From the NCBI GenBank assembly GCA_002189035.1, contig NEEC01000149.1, positions 1,676-65,675 on the forward strand: a DNA stretch of 64,000 nucleotides, given 5' to 3'. A program made the translations under genes and the position numbers. Positions 1 through 13,450 of the stretch are shown one piece after another (position 1 is the stretch's first letter; the number at the start of each line of letters is the position of its first letter). This DNA comes from Utricularia gibba. Its lineage: Eukaryota; Plantae; Magnoliophyta. The notes beneath the pieces are model-generated. The model was given only the letters and a program-made list of their open reading frames with translations, did no database searches and was not told the DNA's origin.

Positions 1-3000
1 ACTTGGTCCTTGACCCCGATTATGTATGCTCATGAGGTCAACCGGATGCAAATCGATGAATACAATGATGCATTTGTTTAAATTACGATATCACGTGCAC
101 CCCACATGATTTTTTCAACAACTTACTTTATACTTGTGGAGGCGGTCTTGGGGTGCACCTGGAACGCGACAAAGGTCAGGTTTGGCTTGGCCGAGAGTAG
201 TTGTAACCGGCAAATAAAGTGATGTATTTATTAACGTTCAGTTTTCGGGGGCTGCCTACATGGTTTTTCAAGGAACAGCTTCTCGTTTTTTGTGGCGGCC
301 AGTCTCGCTGGGAACTTGGTCCTTGACCCCGATTATGTATGGCTCGTGAGGTCAACCGGATGCAATTCGATGAATACAATAATGCATTTGTTTAAATTAC
401 GATATCACGTGCACCCTACATGATTTTTTCAACAACTTACTTTATTGAGGAGGCGGTCTTGGGGGGCAAGAGGAACCGGACAAAGGTCAGCTTAGGCTTG
501 GGCCGAAAGTAAGTTGTAGCCCGTCAAAATGTGATGTATTTATTAACGTTCGGTTTTCGGGGGCTGCCTACATGGTTTTTCAAGGAACATCTTCTCGTTT
601 TTGGCGGCTAGTCTCGTTGGGAACCTGGTCCTTGACCCCGATTCTGTATGGCTCATGGGGTCAACCGGATGCAAATCGATGAAAAAATGATGCATTTGTT
701 TAAATTACGATATCACGTGCACCCTACATGATTTTTTCAACAACTTACTTTATACTTGAGGAGGTGGTCTTGGGGGCAAGAGGAACCGGACAAAGGTCAG
801 CATAGGCTTTGGCCGAAAGTAAGTTGTAGCCCGGCAAAGAAAAGTGATGTATTTATTAAGTTCGGTTTTCGGGGTTGCCAACATGGTTTTTAAAGGAACA
901 GCTTCTCGTTTTGTGGCGGCCTGTATCGCAAGGAACTTGGTCCGGGCCCCTGATTCTTTATGGCTCATGAGGACAAAAGGATGCAAATCGATGAAGAAAA
1001 TGATGCATTTGTTTAAATTACGATATCACGTGCACCCTACATGATTTTTTAACAACTTACTTTATAATTGAGGAGGCGGTCTTGGGGGGCAAGAGGAACC
1101 GGACAAAGGTAAGCTTAGGCTTGGGCCGAAAGTAAGTTGTAGCCTGGCAAATAAAGTGATAAATTTATTAAAGTTCAGTTTTCGGGGGCTGCCTACATGG
1201 TTTTCAAGGAACAGCTTCTCGTTTTGTGGCGGCCAGTCTCGCTGGGAACTTGGTCCTTGACCCCGATTATGTATGGCTCGTGAGGTCAACCGGATGCAAA
1301 TCGATTAAAAAAAATGATGCCTTTGTTTAAATTACGATATCACGTGCACCCCACATGATTTTTTCAACAAATTACTTTATACTTAGGGAGGCGGTCTTGG
1401 GGTGCACCTAGAACGGACAAAGGTCAGGTTTTGCTTGCACCGAGAGTTAGTTGTAGCCCGGCAAATAAAGTGATGTATTTATTAACGTTCAGTTTTCGGG
1501 GGCTGCCTACATGGTTTTTCGAGGAACAGCTTCTCGTTTTGTGGCGGCCAGTCTCGCTGGGAACTTGGTCCTTGACCCCGATTATGTATTGCTCATGAGG
1601 TCAACCGGATGCAAATCGATGAATACAATGATGCATTTGTTTAATTACGATATGACGTGCACCCACATGATTTTTTCAACAACTTGCTTTATACTTGTGG
1701 AGGCGGTCTTGGGGTGCACCTGGAACGCGACAAAGGTCAGGTTTGGCTTGCGCCGAGAGTTAGTTGTAACACGGCAAATAAAGTGATATATTTATTAACG
1801 TTCAGTTTTCGGGGGCTGCCTACATGGTTTTTCAAGGAACAGCTTCTCGTTTTTGTGGCGGCCAGTCTCGCTGGGAACTTGGTCCTTGACCCCGATTATG
1901 TATGGCTCATGAGGTCAACCGGATGCAATTCGATGAATACAATAATGCATTTGTTTAAATTACGATATCACGTGCACCCTACATGATTTTTTCAACAACT
2001 TACTTTATACTTGAGGAGGCGGTCTTGGGGGGCAAGAGGAACCGGACAAAGGTCAGCTTAGGCTTGGGCCGAAAGTAAGTTGTAGCCCGGCAAGGAATGT
2101 GATGTATTTATTAACGTTCGGTTTTCGGGGCTGCCTACATGGTTTTTCAAGGAACATCTTCTCGTTTTTGGCGCTAGTCTCGTTGGGAACTGGTCTTGAC
2201 CCGATTCTGTATGGCTCATGGGTCAACCGGATGCAAATCGATGAAAAAATGATGCATTTGTTTAAATTACGATATCACGTGCACCCTACATGATTTTTTC
2301 AACAACTTACTTTATACTTGAGGAGGTGGTCTTGGGGGGCAAGAGGAACCGGACAAAGGTCAGCATAGGCTTGGCCGAAAGTAAGTTGTAGCCCGGCAAA
2401 GAAAAGTGATGTATTTATTAAGGTTCGGTTTTCGGGGTTGCCAACATGGTTTTTAAGGAACAGCTTCTCGTTTTGTGGCGGCCTGTATCGCAAGGAACTT
2501 GGTCCGGGCCCCTGATTCTTTATGGCTCATGAGGACAAAAGGATGCAAATCGATGAAGAAAATGATGCATTTGTTTAAATTACGATATCACGTGCACCCT
2601 ACATGATTTTTTTAACAACTTACTTTATAATTGAGGAGGCGGTCTTGGGGGCAAGAGGAACCGGACAAAGGTAAGCTTAGGCTTGGGCCGAAAGTAAGTT
2701 GTAGCCTGGCAAATAAAGTGATAAATTTATTAAAGTTCAGTTTTCGGGGGCTGCCTACATGGTTTTCAAGGAACAGCTTCTCGTTTTGTGGCGGCCAGTC
2801 TCGCTGGGAACTTGGTCCTTGACCCCGATTATGTATGGCTCGTGAGGTCAACCGGATGCAAATCGATTAAAAAAAATGATGCCTTTGTTTAAATTACGAT
2901 ATCACGTGCACCCACATGATTTTTTCAACAAATTACTTTATACTTAGGGAGGCGGTCTTGGGGTGCACCTAGAACGGGACAAAGGTCAGGTTTGCTTGCA

Positions 3001-6000
3001 CCGAGAGTTAGTTGTAGCCCGGCAAATAAAGTGATGTATTTATTAACGTTCAGTTTTCGGGGGCTGCCTACATGGTTTTTCGAGGAACAGCTTCTCGTTT
3101 TGTGGCGGCCAGTCTCGCTGGGAACTTGGTCCTTGACCCCGATTATGTATTGCTCATGAGGTCAACCGGATGCAAATCGATGAATACAATGATGCATTTG
3201 TTTAATTACGATATGACGTGCACCCACATGATTTTTTCAACAACTTGCTTTATACTTGTGGAGGCGGTCTTGGGGTGCACCTGGAACGCGACAAAGGTCA
3301 GGTTTGGCTTGCGCCGAGAGTTAGTTGTAACACGGCAAATAAAGTGATATATTTATTAACGTTCAGTTTTCGGGGGCTGCCTACATGGTTTTTCAAGGAA
3401 CAGCTTCTTGTTTTGTGGCGGCCAGTCTCGCTGGGAACTTGGTCCTTGACCCCGATTATGTATGGCTCGTGAGGTCAACCGGATGCAATTCGATGAATAC
3501 AATAATGCATTTGTTTAAATTACGATATCACGTGCACCCTACATGATTTTTTCAACAACTTACTTTATACTTGAGGAGGCGGTCTTGGGGGGCAAGAGGA
3601 ACCGGACAAAGGTCAGCTTAGGCTTGGGCCGAAAGTAAGTTGTAGCCCGTCAAGGAATGTGATGTATTTATTAACGTTCGGTTTTCGGGGGCTGCCTACA
3701 TGGTTTTTCAAGGAACATCTTCTCGATTTTTGGCGGCTAGTCTCGTTGGGAACCTGGTCCTTGACCCCGATTCTGTATGGCTCATGGGGTCAACCGGATG
3801 CAAATCGATGAAAAAAATGATGCATTTGTTTAAATTACGATATCACGTGCACCCTACATGATTTTTTCAACAACTTACTTTATACTTGAGGAGGTGGTCT
3901 TGGGGGGCAAGAGGAACCGGACAAAGGTCAGCATAGGCTTTGGCCGAAAGTAAGTTGTAGCCCGGCAAAGAAAAGTGATGTATTTATTAAGGTTCGGTTT
4001 TCGGGGTTGCAACATGGTTTTTAAAGGAACAGCTTCTCGTTTTGTGGCGGCCTGTATCGCAAGGAACTTGGTCCGGGCCCCTGATTCTTTATGGCTCATG
4101 AGGACAAAAGGATGCAAATCGATGAAGAAAATGATGCATTTGTTTAAATTACGATATCACGTGCACCCTACATGATTTTTTTAACAACTTACTTTATAAT
4201 TGAGGAGGCGGTCTTGGGGGGCAAGAGGAACCGGACAAAGGTAAGCTTAGGCTTGGGCCGAAAGTAAGTTGTAGCCTGGCAAATAAAGTGATAAATTTAT
4301 TAAAGTTCAGTTTTCGGGGGCTGCCTACATGGTTTTCAAGGAACAGCTTCTCGTTTTGTGGCGGCCAGTCTCGCTGGGAACTTGGTCCTTGACCCCGATT
4401 ATGTATGGCTCGTGAGGTCAACCGGATGCAAATCGATTAAAAAAATGATGCCTTTGTTTAAATTACGATATCACGTGCACCCCACATGATTTTTTCAACA
4501 AATTACTTTATACTTAGGGAGGCGGTCTTGGGGTGCACCTAGAACGGGACAAAGGTCAGGTTTTGCTTGCACCGAGAGTTAGTTGTAGCCCGGCAAATAA
4601 AGTGATGTATTTATTAACGTTCAGTTTTCGGGGGCTGCCTACATGGTTTTTCGAGGAACAGCTTCTCGTTTTGTGGCGGCCAGTCTCGCTGGGAACTTGG
4701 TCCTTGACCCCGATTATGTATTGCTCATGAGGTCAACCGGATGCAAATCGATGAATACAATGATGCATTTGTTTATATTACGATATCACGTGCACCCACA
4801 TGATTTTTTCAACAACTTGCTTTATACTTGTGGAGGCGGTCTTGGGGTGCACCTGGAACGCGACAAAGGTCAGGTTTGGCTTGCGCCGAGAGTTAGTTGT
4901 AACACGGCAAATAAAGTGATATATTTATTAACGTTCAGTTTTCGGGGCTGCCTACATGGTTTTTCAAGGAACAGCTTCTTGTTTTTGTGGCGGCCAGTCT
5001 CGCTGGGAACTTGGTCCTTGACCCCGATTATGTATGGCTCGTGAGGTCAACCGGATGCAATTCGATGAATACAATAATGCATTTGTTTAAATTACGATAT
5101 CACGTGCACCCTACATGATTTTTTCAACAACTTACTTTATACTTGAGGAGGCGGTCTTGGGGGGCAAGAGGAACCGGACAAAGGTCAGCTTAGGCTTGGG
5201 CCGAAAGTAAGTTGTAGCCCGTCAAGGAATGTGATGTATTTATTAACGTTCGGTTTTCGGGGCTGCCTACATGGTTTTTCAAGGAACATCTTCTCGATTT
5301 TTGGCGGCTAGTCTCGTTGGGAACCTGGTCCTTGACCCCGATTCTGTATGGCTCATGGGGTCAACCGGATGCAAATCGATGAAAAAAATGATGCATTTGT
5401 TTAAATTACGATATCACGTGCACCCTACATGATTTTTTCAACAACTTACTTTATACTTGAGGAGGTGGTCTTGGGGGGCAAGAGGAACCGGACAAAGGTC
5501 AGCATAGGCTTTGGCCGAAAGTAAGTTGTAGCCCGGCAAAGAAAAGTGATGTATTTATTAAGGTTCGGTTTTCGGGGTTGCCAACATGGTTTTTAAAGGA
5601 ACAGCTTCTCGTTTTGTGGCGGCCTGTATCGCAAGGAACTTGGTCCGGGCCCCTGATTCTTTATGGCTCATGAGGACAAAAGGATGCAAATCGATGAAGA
5701 AAATGATGCATTTGTTTAAATTACGATATCACGTGCACCCTACATGATTTTTTTAACAACTTACTTTATAATTGAGGAGGCGGTCTTGGGGGCAAGAGGA
5801 ACCGGACAAAGGTAAGCTTAGGCTTGGGCCGAAAGTAAGTTGTAGCCTGGCAAATAAAGTGATAAATTTATTAAAGTTCAGTTTTCGGGGCTGCCTACAT
5901 GGTTTTCAAGGAACAGCTTCTCGTTTTGTGGCGGCCAGTCTCGCTGGGAACTTGGTCCTTGACCCCGATTATGTATGGCTCGTGAGGTCAACCGGATGCA

Positions 6001-7655
6001 AATCGATTAAAAAAAATGATGCCTTTGTTTAAATTACGATATCACGTGCACCCCACATGATTTTTTCAACAAATTACTTTATACTTAGGGAGGCGGTCTT
6101 GGGGTGCACCTAGAACGGGACAAAGGTCAGGTTTTGCTTGCACCGAGAGTTAGTTGTAGCCCGGCAAATAAAGTGATGTATTTATTAACGTTCAGTTTTC
6201 GGGGGCTGCCTACATGGTTTTTCGAGGAACAGCTTCTCGTTTTGTGGCGGCCAGTCTCGCTGGGAACTTGGTCCTTGACCCCGATTATGTATTGCTCATG
6301 AGGTCAACCGGATGCAAATCGATGAATACAATGATGCATTTGTTTATATTACGATATGACGTGCACCCCACATGATTTTTTCAACAACTTGCTTTATACT
6401 TGTGGAGGCGGTCTTGGGGTGCACCTGGAACGCGACAAAGGTCAGGTTTGGCTTGCGCCGAGAGTTAGTTGTAACACGGCAAATAAAGTGATATATTTAT
6501 TAACGTTCAGTTTTCGGGGGCTGCCTACATGGTTTTTCAAGGAACAGCTTCTTGTTTTTGTGGCGGCCAGTCTCGCTGGGAACTTGGTCCTTGACCCCGA
6601 TTATGTATGGCTCGTGAGGTCAACCGGATGCAATTCGATGAATACAATAATGCATTTGTTTAAATTACGATATCACGTGCACCCTACATGATTTTTTCAA
6701 CAACTTACTTTATACTTGAGGAGGCGGTCTTGGGGGCAAGAGGAACCGGACAAAGGTCAGCTTAGGCTTGGGCCGAAAGTAAGTTGTAGCCCGTCAAGGA
6801 ATGTGATGTATTTATTAACGTTCGGTTTTCGGGGGCTGCCTACATGGTTTTTCAAGGAACATCTTCTCGATTTTTGGCGGCTAGTCTCGTTGGGAACCTG
6901 GTCCTTGACCCCGATTCTGTATGGCTCATGGGGTCAACCGGATGCAAATCGATGAAAAAAATGATGCATTTGTTTAAATTACGATATCACGTGCACCCTA
7001 CATGATTTTTTCAACAACTTACTTTATACTTGAGGAGGTGGTCTTGGGGGGCAAGAGGAACCGGACAAAGGTCAGCATAGGCTTTGGCCGAAAGTAAGTT
7101 GTAGCCCGGCAAAGAAAAGTGATGTATTTATTAAGGTTCGGTTTTCGGGGTTGCCAACATGGTTTTTAAAGGAACAGCTTCTCGTTTTGTGGCGGCCTGT
7201 ATCGCAAGGAACTTGGTCCGGGCCCCTGATTCTTTATGGCTCATGAGGACAAAAGGATGCAAATCGATGAAGAAAATGATGCATTTGTTTAAATTACGAT
7301 ATCACGTGCACCCTACATGATTTTTTTAACAACTTACTTTATAATTGAGGAGGCGGTCTTGGGGGCAAGAGGAACCGGACAAAGGTAAGCTTAGGCTTGG
7401 GCCGAAAGTAAGTTGTAGCCTGGCAAATAAAGTGATAAATTTATTAAAGTTCAGTTTTCGGGGCTGCCTACATGGTTTTCAAGGAACAGCTTCTCGTTTT
7501 GTGGCGGCCAGTCTCGCTGGGAACTTGGTCCTTGACCCCGATTATGTATGGCTCGTGAGGTCAACCGGATGCAAATCGATTAAAAAAAATGATGCCTTTG
7601 TTTAAATTACGATATCACGTGCACCCCACATGATTTTTTCAACAAATTACTTTAT

Positions 7656-7970
7656 ACTTAGGGAGGCGGTCTTGGGGTGCACCTAGAACGGGACAAAGGT
7701 CAGGTTTTGCTTGCACCGAGAGTTAGTTGTAGCCCGGCAAATAAAGTGATGTATTTATTAACGTTCAGTTTTCGGGGGCTGCCTACATGGTTTTTCGAGG
7801 AACAGCTTCTCGTTTTGTGGCGGCCAGTCTCGCTGGGAACTTGGTCCTTGACCCCGATTATGTATTGCTCATGAGGTCAACCGGATGCAAATCGATGAAT
7901 ACAATGATGCATTTGTTTATATTACGATATGACGTGCACCCCACATGATTTTTTCAACAACTTGCTTTAT
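7656..7970. repeat. HOR monomer A (representative copy)
   Basis: Diagnostic variants: acttaggg, ttttgcttgcacc, tcgagg, tattgctc, gatgaataca, tttatatt, atgacgtg, cttgcttt. About 5% from the array consensus by hand count. Confidence 0.9.
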
Positions 7971-8286
7971 ACTTGTGGAGGCGGTCTTGGGGTGCACCTG
8001 GAACGCGACAAAGGTCAGGTTTGGCTTGCGCCGAGAGTTAGTTGTAACACGGCAAATAAAGTGATATATTTATTAACGTTCAGTTTTCGGGGGCTGCCTA
8101 CATGGTTTTTCAAGGAACAGCTTCTTGTTTTTGTGGCGGCCAGTCTCGCTGGGAACTTGGTCCTTGACCCCGATTATGTATGGCTCGTGAGGTCAACCGG
8201 ATGCAATTCGATGAATACAATAATGCATTTGTTTAAATTACGATATCACGTGCACCCTACATGATTTTTTCAACAACTTACTTTAT
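7971..8286. repeat. HOR monomer B (representative copy)
   Basis: Diagnostic variants: acttgtgg, cctggaacgcg, gtaacacgg, gatatat, cttcttg, gctcgtg, gcaattcg, aataatg, ccctac. About 5% from consensus. Confidence 0.9.
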
Positions 8287-8601
8287 ACTTGAGGAGGCGG
8301 TCTTGGGGGGCAAGAGGAACCGGACAAAGGTCAGCTTAGGCTTGGGCCGAAAGTAAGTTGTAGCCCGTCAAGGAATGTGATGTATTTATTAACGTTCGGT
8401 TTTCGGGGGCTGCCTACATGGTTTTTCAAGGAACATCTTCTCGATTTTTGGCGGCTAGTCTCGTTGGGAACCTGGTCCTTGACCCCGATTCTGTATGGCT
8501 CATGGGGTCAACCGGATGCAAATCGATGAAAAAAATGATGCATTTGTTTAAATTACGATATCACGTGCACCCTACATGATTTTTTCAACAACTTACTTTA
8601 T
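8287..8601. repeat. HOR monomer C (representative copy)
   Basis: Type-II head (ggggggcaagaggaacc...gcttaggcttgggccgaaagtaag) plus cccgtcaaggaatg, aacatct, cgattttt, gctagt, cgttggg, aacctgg, atggggtc. About 8-9% from consensus. Confidence 0.9.
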
Positions 8602-8916
8602 ACTTGAGGAGGTGGTCTTGGGGGGCAAGAGGAACCGGACAAAGGTCAGCATAGGCTTTGGCCGAAAGTAAGTTGTAGCCCGGCAAAGAAAAGTGATGTA
8701 TTTATTAAGGTTCGGTTTTCGGGGTTGCCAACATGGTTTTTAAAGGAACAGCTTCTCGTTTTGTGGCGGCCTGTATCGCAAGGAACTTGGTCCGGGCCCC
8801 TGATTCTTTATGGCTCATGAGGACAAAAGGATGCAAATCGATGAAGAAAATGATGCATTTGTTTAAATTACGATATCACGTGCACCCTACATGATTTTTT
8901 TAACAACTTACTTTAT
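8602..8916. repeat. HOR monomer D (representative copy, most diverged)
   Basis: Type-II head plus aggtgg, gcataggcttt, aaagaaaag, taaggtt, ttgccaac, tttaaagg, cctgtatcgcaagg, ccgggcccctg, ggacaaaagg. About 13% from consensus by hand count. Confidence 0.9.
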
Positions 8917-9229
8917 AATTGAGGAGGCGGTCTTGGGGGCAAGAGGAACCGGACAAAGGTAAGCTTAGGCTTGGGCCGAAAGTAAGTTGTAGCCTGGCAA
9001 ATAAAGTGATAAATTTATTAAAGTTCAGTTTTCGGGGGCTGCCTACATGGTTTTCAAGGAACAGCTTCTCGTTTTGTGGCGGCCAGTCTCGCTGGGAACT
9101 TGGTCCTTGACCCCGATTATGTATGGCTCGTGAGGTCAACCGGATGCAAATCGATTAAAAAAATGATGCCTTTGTTTAAATTACGATATCACGTGCACCC
9201 CACATGATTTTTTCAACAAATTACTTTAT
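8917..9229. repeat. HOR monomer E (representative copy; type-II head, consensus-like tail)
   Basis: ggtaagctt, gcctgg, gataaattt and taaagtt in the 5' part; the 3' part has consensus-type gattaaaa...gcctttg...ccccac plus caaatt. About 7% from consensus. Confidence 0.9.
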
Positions 9230-12200
9230 ACTTAGGGAGGCGGTCTTGGGGTGCACCTAGAACGGGACAAAGGTCAGGTTTTGCTTGCACCGAGAGTTAG
9301 TTGTAGCCCGGCAAATAAAGTGATGTATTTATTAACGTTCAGTTTTCGGGGGCTGCCTACATGGTTTTTCGAGGAACAGCTTCTCGTTTTGTGGCGGCCA
9401 GTCTCGCTGGGAACTTGGTCCTTGACCCCGATTATGTATTGCTCATGAGGTCAACCGGATGCAAATCGATGAATACAATGATGCATTTGTTTATATTACG
9501 ATATGACGTGCACCCCACATGATTTTTTCAACAACTTGCTTTATACTTGTGGAGGCGGTCTTGGGGTGCACCTGGAACGCGACAAAGGTCAGGTTTGGCT
9601 TGCGCCGAGAGTTAGTTGTAACACGGCAAATAAAGTGATATATTTATTAACGTTCAGTTTTCGGGGGCTGCCTACATGGTTTTTCAAGGAACAGCTTCTT
9701 GTTTTTGTGGCGGCCAGTCTCGCTGGGAACTTGGTCCTTGACCCCGATTATGTATGGCTCGTGAGGTCAACCGGATGCAATTCGATGAATACAATAATGC
9801 ATTTGTTTAAATTACGATATCACGTGCACCCTACATGATTTTTTCAACAACTTACTTTATACTTGAGGAGGCGGTCTTGGGGGGCAAGAGGAACCGGACA
9901 AAGGTCAGCTTAGGCTTGGGCCGAAAGTAAGTTGTAGCCCGTCAAGGAATGTGATGTATTTATTAACGTTCGGTTTTCGGGGGCTGCCTACATGGTTTTT
10001 CAAGGAACATCTTCTCGATTTTTGGCGGCTAGTCTCGTTGGGAACCTGGTCCTTGACCCCGATTCTGTATGGCTCATGGGGTCAACCGGATGCAAATCGA
10101 TGAAAAAAATGATGCATTTGTTTAAATTACGATATCACGTGCACCCTACATGATTTTTTCAACAACTTACTTTATACTTGAGGAGGTGGTCTTGGGGGGC
10201 AAGAGGAACCGGACAAAGGTCAGCATAGGCTTTGGCCGAAAGTAAGTTGTAGCCCGGCAAAGAAAAGTGATGTATTTATTAAGTTCGGTTTTCGGGGTTG
10301 CCAACATGGTTTTTAAAGGAACAGCTTCTCGTTTTGTGGCGGCCTGTATCGCAAGGAACTTGGTCCGGGCCCCTGATTCTTTATGGCTCATGAGGACAAA
10401 AGGATGCAAATCGATGAAAAAAATGATGCATTTGTTTAAATTACGATATCACGTGCACCCTACATGATTTTTTTAACAACTTACTTTATAATTGAGGAGG
10501 CGGTCTTGGGGGCAAGAGGAACCGGACAAAGGTAAGCTTAGGCTTGGGCCGAAAGTAAGTTGTAGCCTGGCAAATAAAGTGATAAATTTATTAAAGTTCA
10601 GTTTTCGGGGGCTGCCTACATGGTTTTCAAGGAACAGCTTCTCGTTTTGTGGCGGCCAGTCTCGCTGGGAACTTGGTCCTTGACCCCGATTATGTATGGC
10701 TCGTGAGGTCAACCGGATGCAAATCGATTAAAAAAAATGATGCCTTTGTTTAAATTACGATATCACGTGCACCCCACATGATTTTTTCAACAAATTACTT
10801 TATACTTAGGGAGGCGGTCTTGGGGTGCACCTAGAACGGGACAAAGGTCAGGTTTTGCTTGCACCGAGAGTTAGTTGTAGCCCGGCAAATAAAGTGATGT
10901 ATTTATTAACGTTCAGTTTTCGGGGGCTGCCTACATGGTTTTTCGAGGAACAGCTTCTCGTTTTGTGGCGGCCAGTCTCGCTGGGAACTTGGTCCTTGAC
11001 CCCGATTATGTATTGCTCATGAGGTCAACCGGATGCAAATCGATGAATACAATGATGCATTTGTTTATATTACGATATGACGTGCACCCCACATGATTTT
11101 TTCAACAACTTGCTTTATACTTGTGGAGGCGGTCTTGGGGTGCACCTGGAACGCGACAAAGGTCAGGTTTGGCTTGCGCCGAGAGTTAGTTGTAACACGG
11201 CAAATAAAGTGATATATTTATTAACGTTCAGTTTTCGGGGGCTGCCTACATGGTTTTTCAAGGAACAGCTTCTTGTTTTTGTGGCGGCCAGTCTCGCTGG
11301 AACTTGGTCCTTGACCCCGATTATGTATGGCTCGTGAGGTCAACCGGATGCAATTCGATGAATACAATAATGCATTTGTTTAAATTACGATATCACGTGC
11401 ACCCTACATGATTTTTTCAACAACTTACTTTATACTTGAGGAGGCGGTCTTGGGGGGCAAGAGGAACCGGACAAAGGTCAGCTTAGGCTTGGGCCGAAAG
11501 TAAGTTGTAGCCCGTCAAGGAATGTGATGTATTTATTAACGTTCGGTTTTCGGGGCTGCCTACATGGTTTTTCAAGGAACATCTTCTCGATTTTTGGCGG
11601 CTAGTCTCGTTGGGAACCTGGTCCTTGACCCCGATTCTGTATGGCTCATGGGGTCAACCGGATGCAAATCGATGAAAAAAATGATGCATTTGTTTAAATT
11701 ACGATATCACGTGCACCCTACATGATTTTTTCAACAACTTACTTTATACTTGAGGAGGTGGTCTTGGGGGGCAAGAGGAACCGGACAAAGGTCAGCATAG
11801 GCTTTGGCCGAAAGTAAGTTGTAGCCCGGCAAAGAAAAGTGATGTATTTATTAAGGTTCGGTTTTCGGGGTTGCCAACATGGTTTTTAAAGGAACAGCTT
11901 CTCGTTTTGTGGCGGCCTGTATCGCAAGGAACTTGGTCCGGGCCCCTGATTCTTTATGGCTCATGAGGACAAAAGGATGCAAATCGATGAAGAAAATGAT
12001 GCATTTGTTTAAATTACGATATCACGTGCACCCTACATGATTTTTTTAACAACTTACTTTATAATTGAGGAGGCGGTCTTGGGGGCAAGAGGAACCGGAC
12101 AAAGGTAAGCTTAGGCTTGGGCCGAAAGTAAGTTGTAGCCTGGCAAATAAAGTGATAAATTTATTAAAGTTCAGTTTTCGGGGGCTGCCTACATGGTTTT

Positions 12201-13450
12201 CAAGGAACAGCTTCTCGTTTTGTGGCGGCCAGTCTCGCTGGGAACTTGGTCCTTGACCCCGATTATGTATGGCTCGTGAGGTCAACCGGATGCAAATCGA
12301 TTAAAAAAAATGATGCCTTTGTTTAAATTACGATATCACGTGCACCCCACATGATTTTTTCAACAAATTACTTTATACTTAGGGAGGCGGTCTTGGGGTG
12401 CACCTAGAACGGGACAAAGGTCAGGTTTTGCTTGCACCGAGAGTTAGTTGTAGCCCGGCAAATAAAGTGATGTATTTATTAACGTTCAGTTTTCGGGGCT
12501 GCCTACATGGTTTTTCGAGGAACAGCTTCTCGTTTTGTGCGGCCAGTCTCGCTGGGAACTTGGTCCTTGACCCCGATTATGTATTGCTCATGAGGTCAAC
12601 CGGATGCAAATCGATGAATACAATGATGCATTTGTTTATATTACGATATGACGTGCACCCCACATGATTTTTTCAACAACTTGCTTTATACTTGTGGAGG
12701 CGGTCTTGGGGTGCACCTGGAACGCGACAAAGGTCAGGTTTGGCTTGCGCCGAGAGTTAGTTGTAACACGGCAAATAAAGTGATATATTTATTAACGTTC
12801 AGTTTTCGGGGGCTGCCTACATGGTTTTTCAAGGAACAGCTTCTTGTTTTTGTGGCGGCCAGTCTCGCTGGGAACTTGGTCCTTGACCCCGATTATGTAT
12901 GGCTCGTGAGGTCAACCGGATGCAATTCGATGAATACAATAATGCATTTGTTTAAATTACGATATCACGTGCACCCTACATGATTTTTTCAACAACTTAC
13001 TTTATACTTGAGGAGGCGGTCTTGGGGGCAAGAGGAACCGGACAAAGGTCAGCTTAGGCTTGGGCCGAAAGTAAGTTGTAGCCCGTCAAGGAATGTGATG
13101 TATTTATTAACGTTCGGTTTTCGGGGGCTGCCTACATGGTTTTTCAAGGAACATCTTCTCGATTTTTGGCGGCTAGTCTCGTTGGGAACCTGGTCCTTGA
13201 CCCCGATTCTGTATGGCTCATGGGTCAACCGGATGCAAATCGATGAAAAAAATGATGCATTTGTTTAAATTACGATATCACGTGCACCCTACATGATTTT
13301 TTCAACAACTTACTTTATACTTGAGGAGGTGGTCTTGGGGGCAAGAGGAACCGGACAAAGGTCAGCATAGGCTTTGGCCGAAAGTAAGTTGTAGCCCGGC
13401 AAAGAAAAGTGATGTATTTATTAAGGTTCGGTTTTCGGGTTGCCAACATG

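Larger units (their letters stand above)
1..13450. repeat. 5-monomer higher-order repeat (HOR) domain, unit ~1,573 bp, order A-B-C-D-E, ~8.5 copies
   Basis: The B-specific head 'acttgtggagg' starts at 132, 1693, 3254, 4826, 6398, 7971, 9545, 11119 and 12690 (spacings 1561, 1561, 1572, 1572, 1573, 1574, 1574, 1571). The A-specific 'acttagggagg' starts at 1381, 2942, 4512, 6083, 7656, 9230, 10804 and 12377. Confidence 0.97.

Noticed and set aside
7658-7663. TTAGGG in monomer A
   Set aside because: It is a single hexamer made by a point change in ttgagg, not a telomeric tract.
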